NCBI GenBank assembly: GCA_965216875.1
Contig: OZ244207.1
Coordinates: 3,232,001-3,296,000 of the forward strand
From: Rubripirellula sp.
GTDB lineage: Bacteria; Planctomycetota; Planctomycetia; Pirellulales; Pirellulaceae
Length of the DNA stretch: 64,000 nucleotides
Direction: 5' to 3'
Shown here: positions 61,264 to 64,000 of the stretch, in pieces
Layout of the letters: every line of letters starts with the position of its first letter
How positions within the stretch are numbered: position 1 is the first letter of the stretch
Notes under the pieces: model-generated
What the model saw: only the letters and a program-made list of their open reading frames with translations
Database searches by the model: none
Told to the model about the DNA's origin: nothing
Position numbers and translations under genes: made by a program

Positions 61264-61280
61264 TTGCAACCCATATGCAA
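61264..61280. promoter_or_regulatory. TTGCA-N7-TGCAA palindrome upstream of the COG0523 operon
   Basis: TTGCAACCCATATGCAA, overlapping a possible minus-strand promoter TTGCAT-18nt-TAAATT. Confidence 0.6.
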
Positions 61281-61469
61281 GTGCACAGACCGTGCACCCG
61301 CAGACAGCCGTAGCGTGTGTGCCTGCACGCACAATTCCGAGATTCCGATTGCCATGACTCTCCCTGTGCGCGGACGAACTTCGATCCACACGGAACCATC
61401 GAGTGTGATCGCCCACACCTTGCGGCGGATCGACTTGGAAGAATGCTGAAGTCTGGGCGTTTTCGCCGT

Positions 61470-64000
61470 TCACCGACTCGTCGCCATGACGGCGGGCTGC
61501 ACTCGGACCTTGCCGATGCTCCGCTGGGGCTCATGAACCAGCCACTCAGGCTCGGCTGATTGAGCCGTCTTGCAGCTGCGGCACATGGCCAAGATGTATG
61601 CCGATGGCGCGAAGAACAGTGCCAGAATCGTTGCACCGCCGACACCGCCAGCGATCGAGACCGCAAGTGGCGGCCAAAAACCACCGCCGCCGACCAGTAA
61701 GGGAACGAAGCCGGCAATCGTCGTCAGCGAGGTCGCCACCACGTGACGTGTCGAGCGAACAACAACCTCGGCGACGGCGACTGGCGATCCTTGCCGCGCC
61801 TGCTCGTCATCTCGTATCGCAGCCAGCACAACGATCGTGTCGTTGATGGCCACTCCGACGAGTCCCATCGTGCCCACAATCGCCATGAAACCAAAGGGAT
61901 ACCCGAACACCCACAGCGCCCCCACACCGAGCCCGGCAGAAAGGAAGGCGACAACGCCAATGATGCCAGCCATTCGAAACGAGCTGAAGGAAAGAACGAG
62001 CGTGGCAACCATCAGCACCATCAAGATGCCAACATTCACCATCAAGTTGCCAACCGCATCGTCGCGTTTGGCTGCTTCGCCGCCGAGCTGCATGGTGTAA
62101 CCGGGAGGCAGCTCGAACGACGATTGCTCCAAACGTTCTTGAACCTCCGCCAGCACAGTATCGGGGAGCACACCGGCGGTGATGTAGGCCTGGACCTCGT
62201 TCATCCGTCGCTGATTGAACCGCGGGATACTCGCTGACTGCGGTTCAAGTGAGATCGATGCCAATGCCGACAGAGGGACACCATTGTGCGAGGTGTCCGA
62301 CATCGTTGGCCCGAGTAACTCCAACGATGCGATCGATCGTACTTCGCCACGCTGTTGGTTGGACACGCGGACGCGCACGGGCAATTCTTCGGTTTGCTCA
62401 AGGATCGATCCACCGACAGCGCCTTCGAGTGTGCTGCTGAGTTGGTTTGCAATCCCGCTGTGATCGAGGCCTGCTAAACGAGCCTCGTCTTCATGCACCG
62501 AAAGGGAAAGCTTCGGAACGGTCTCGCCAAGGTCAGCGCGCGTGTGGACAACGTTGGCCGAGTCCGACATTGCCTTGCGCACTTGGTCACCAAGGCTGCG
62601 CAGCACTTGCAGGTCAGGGCCAAACAACCGGACCTCAATGGGTGCATCAAACGGTGGGCCCTGTTCCAGTTGCCGCACAAGCACGCGGCTCTCCGGAAAC
62701 GCCTGATCCAGTTCACCTTGCAGCTGACGAATCACCGACATTGGCTCCTTGCCTGTGGTGAGTTGCACCATCGCTTGTGCGTAGCTGGACGTATCCCGTC
62801 GGCGTGGAATCACGTTGTAGTAGAACGACGGCGCGCTTTCGCCAAGAAACCAAGATACCTCCTGAACGTCCTCGTGTCGCAACAACTGGTTGCGCATCCG
62901 ATTTGCCGTTTCGAGCGTTTCACTGACGGACGTTGTGGAAGGCAGCTCAAGCTCAATTTGAAACTGATCGCGATCGGCCGGCGGAAAGAACTGCTCCGGG
63001 AGCTTTGAAAACTGAAGAAAACCAATCAGGGGCAGTGCAACACCAGCGGCAATTCCGATTGCCGGTCGTGAAAACATCGCACGCAAGCCACGGCGATATC
63101 CGGCTAGCAACCGAGGCAGGTGCAAGCCCTCTTTCCACCATGTGGGACGAATCTTCAGACGATCGCCGCGCGGATGATTGTCTGAGGCACCGTCCGGGCC
63201 GAGCCGGGCGGTCAACGCGGTGATGGCAGGCACCACCGTCAACGCCAAGAACAGCGAACTAACAATCGCCATGATGACACTGACTGCGATCGAACCGACG
63301 AATTCGCCTGCCGGTCCCGGCATCAGTGCAATGGGCGCGAAAGCGAGCGCCGTGGTGACCGTCGATCCCAACAGAGGAAGCGCCAGATGACCGACGCTGC
63401 TCGAAACCGCTCGTGCCGGCGAGTCGGTGTGTCGCAGTCTTTCATTGACCTCGTCAACGATCACGATCGCATTATCAATCAAGAGCCCGAGCGCGATGAT
63501 CAGCCCCGTGACTGACATTTGGTGAATTGGGATCTCGAGCATTCGCATGCCGGTCAACACCATCAGCGCCGACAATGGAAGTGCGGTACCAACGATGATC
63601 GCGCTCCGCCAACCCATCATCACCAAGATCACTGAGATGACCGCGATACCGCCCAGGACGAGGTTACCCAGAAGGCCTGCTAAACGAGTCTCGACGTAGT
63701 CGTTCTGCTGAAAGATTGTGTGCAGCTCAATCCCGCGCGGCAGTGCATCGCGAAACTCACTTAAGGTATTGTCGACTTCCGCGGACCAATGATCGATGCG
63801 AACACTTGGACGCACCAATGCTCCAAGCGCGATCGCCGGCTTGCCGTGAACCAGTGCCAGACTTGAAGGCGGCTCCATCACGCCTTTGCGGATCGTTGCC
63901 ACGTCCAACAAACGCACGAACCGCCCCTCAGTGCCATTGGAATCGGTGCCATAGGAGATTGGAACGCGGCCAATTCGCTCGAGAGATTCAAACTCGCCCG
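61470..64000 (-). CDS. RND efflux transporter permease (AcrB family), 3' part
   Basis: ALGLLIDNAIVIVD, FFPPADR, GPPFDAPI, GVAIND, TSLTTIAGFVPL; frame stays open to the window end. Confidence 0.93.
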   Translation of the reverse strand, partial: GEFESLERIGRVPISYGTDSNGTEGRFVRLLDVATIRKGVMEPPSSLALVHGKPAIALGALVRPSVRIDHWSAEVDNTLSEFRDALPRGIELHTIFQQNDYVETRLAGLLGNLVLGGIAVISVILVMMGWRSAIIVGTALPLSALMVLTGMRMLEIPIHQMSVTGLIIALGLLIDNAIVIVDEVNERLRHTDSPARAVSSSVGHLALPLLGSTVTTALAFAPIALMPGPAGEFVGSIAVSVIMAIVSSLFLALTVVPAITALTARLGPDGASDNHPRGDRLKIRPTWWKEGLHLPRLLAGYRRGLRAMFSRPAIGIAAGVALPLIGFLQFSKLPEQFFPPADRDQFQIELELPSTTSVSETLETANRMRNQLLRHEDVQEVSWFLGESAPSFYYNVIPRRRDTSSYAQAMVQLTTGKEPMSVIRQLQGELDQAFPESRVLVRQLEQGPPFDAPIEVRLFGPDLQVLRSLGDQVRKAMSDSANVVHTRADLGETVPKLSLSVHEDEARLAGLDHSGIANQLSSTLEGAVGGSILEQTEELPVRVRVSNQQRGEVRSIASLELLGPTMSDTSHNGVPLSALASISLEPQSASIPRFNQRRMNEVQAYITAGVLPDTVLAEVQERLEQSSFELPPGYTMQLGGEAAKRDDAVGNLMVNVGILMVLMVATLVLSFSSFRMAGIIGVVAFLSAGLGVGALWVFGYPFGFMAIVGTMGLVGVAINDTIVVLAAIRDDEQARQGSPVAVAEVVVRSTRHVVATSLTTIAGFVPLLVGGGGFWPPLAVSIAGGVGGATILALFFAPSAYILAMCRSCKTAQSAEPEWLVHEPQRSIGKVRVQPAVMATSR

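Noticed and set aside
61133..61717. 195-aa N-terminal extension of the COG0523 protein
   Set aside because: It overlaps the RND gene end and the operator region; a good SD precedes ATG 61132.

Overview
GC-rich chromosomal window from a planctomycete, most likely Pirellulaceae. The assignment rests on a planctomycete-type 'LETLESRQLLA' export motif, an ECF sigma/Ser-Thr kinase pair and several REP-like palindrome families. Most of the window is metabolic, envelope and housekeeping genes: nadB, pssA/pmtA-like lipid genes, a terpene cyclase/polyprenyl synthase operon, a rimK cluster, SulP, three HtrA-like genes, two cobalamin riboswitches, nrdAB with a class Ic-type beta subunit, a COG0523 metal-homeostasis cluster and an RND pump. 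The most striking element is a ~1.1 kb minus-strand cassette (about 49999-51112) bracketed by 29-bp inverted repeats. It holds a candidate promoter, a PTH2-like peptidyl-tRNA hydrolase gene with an in-frame UAG at codon 6, a hypothetical gene, and a canonical cloverleaf tRNA with anticodon CUA (amber suppressor type). Other genes here still end in UAG, so this looks like a self-contained amber read-through module rather than genome-wide recoding. All product calls come from motif recognition by eye; no searches were run.
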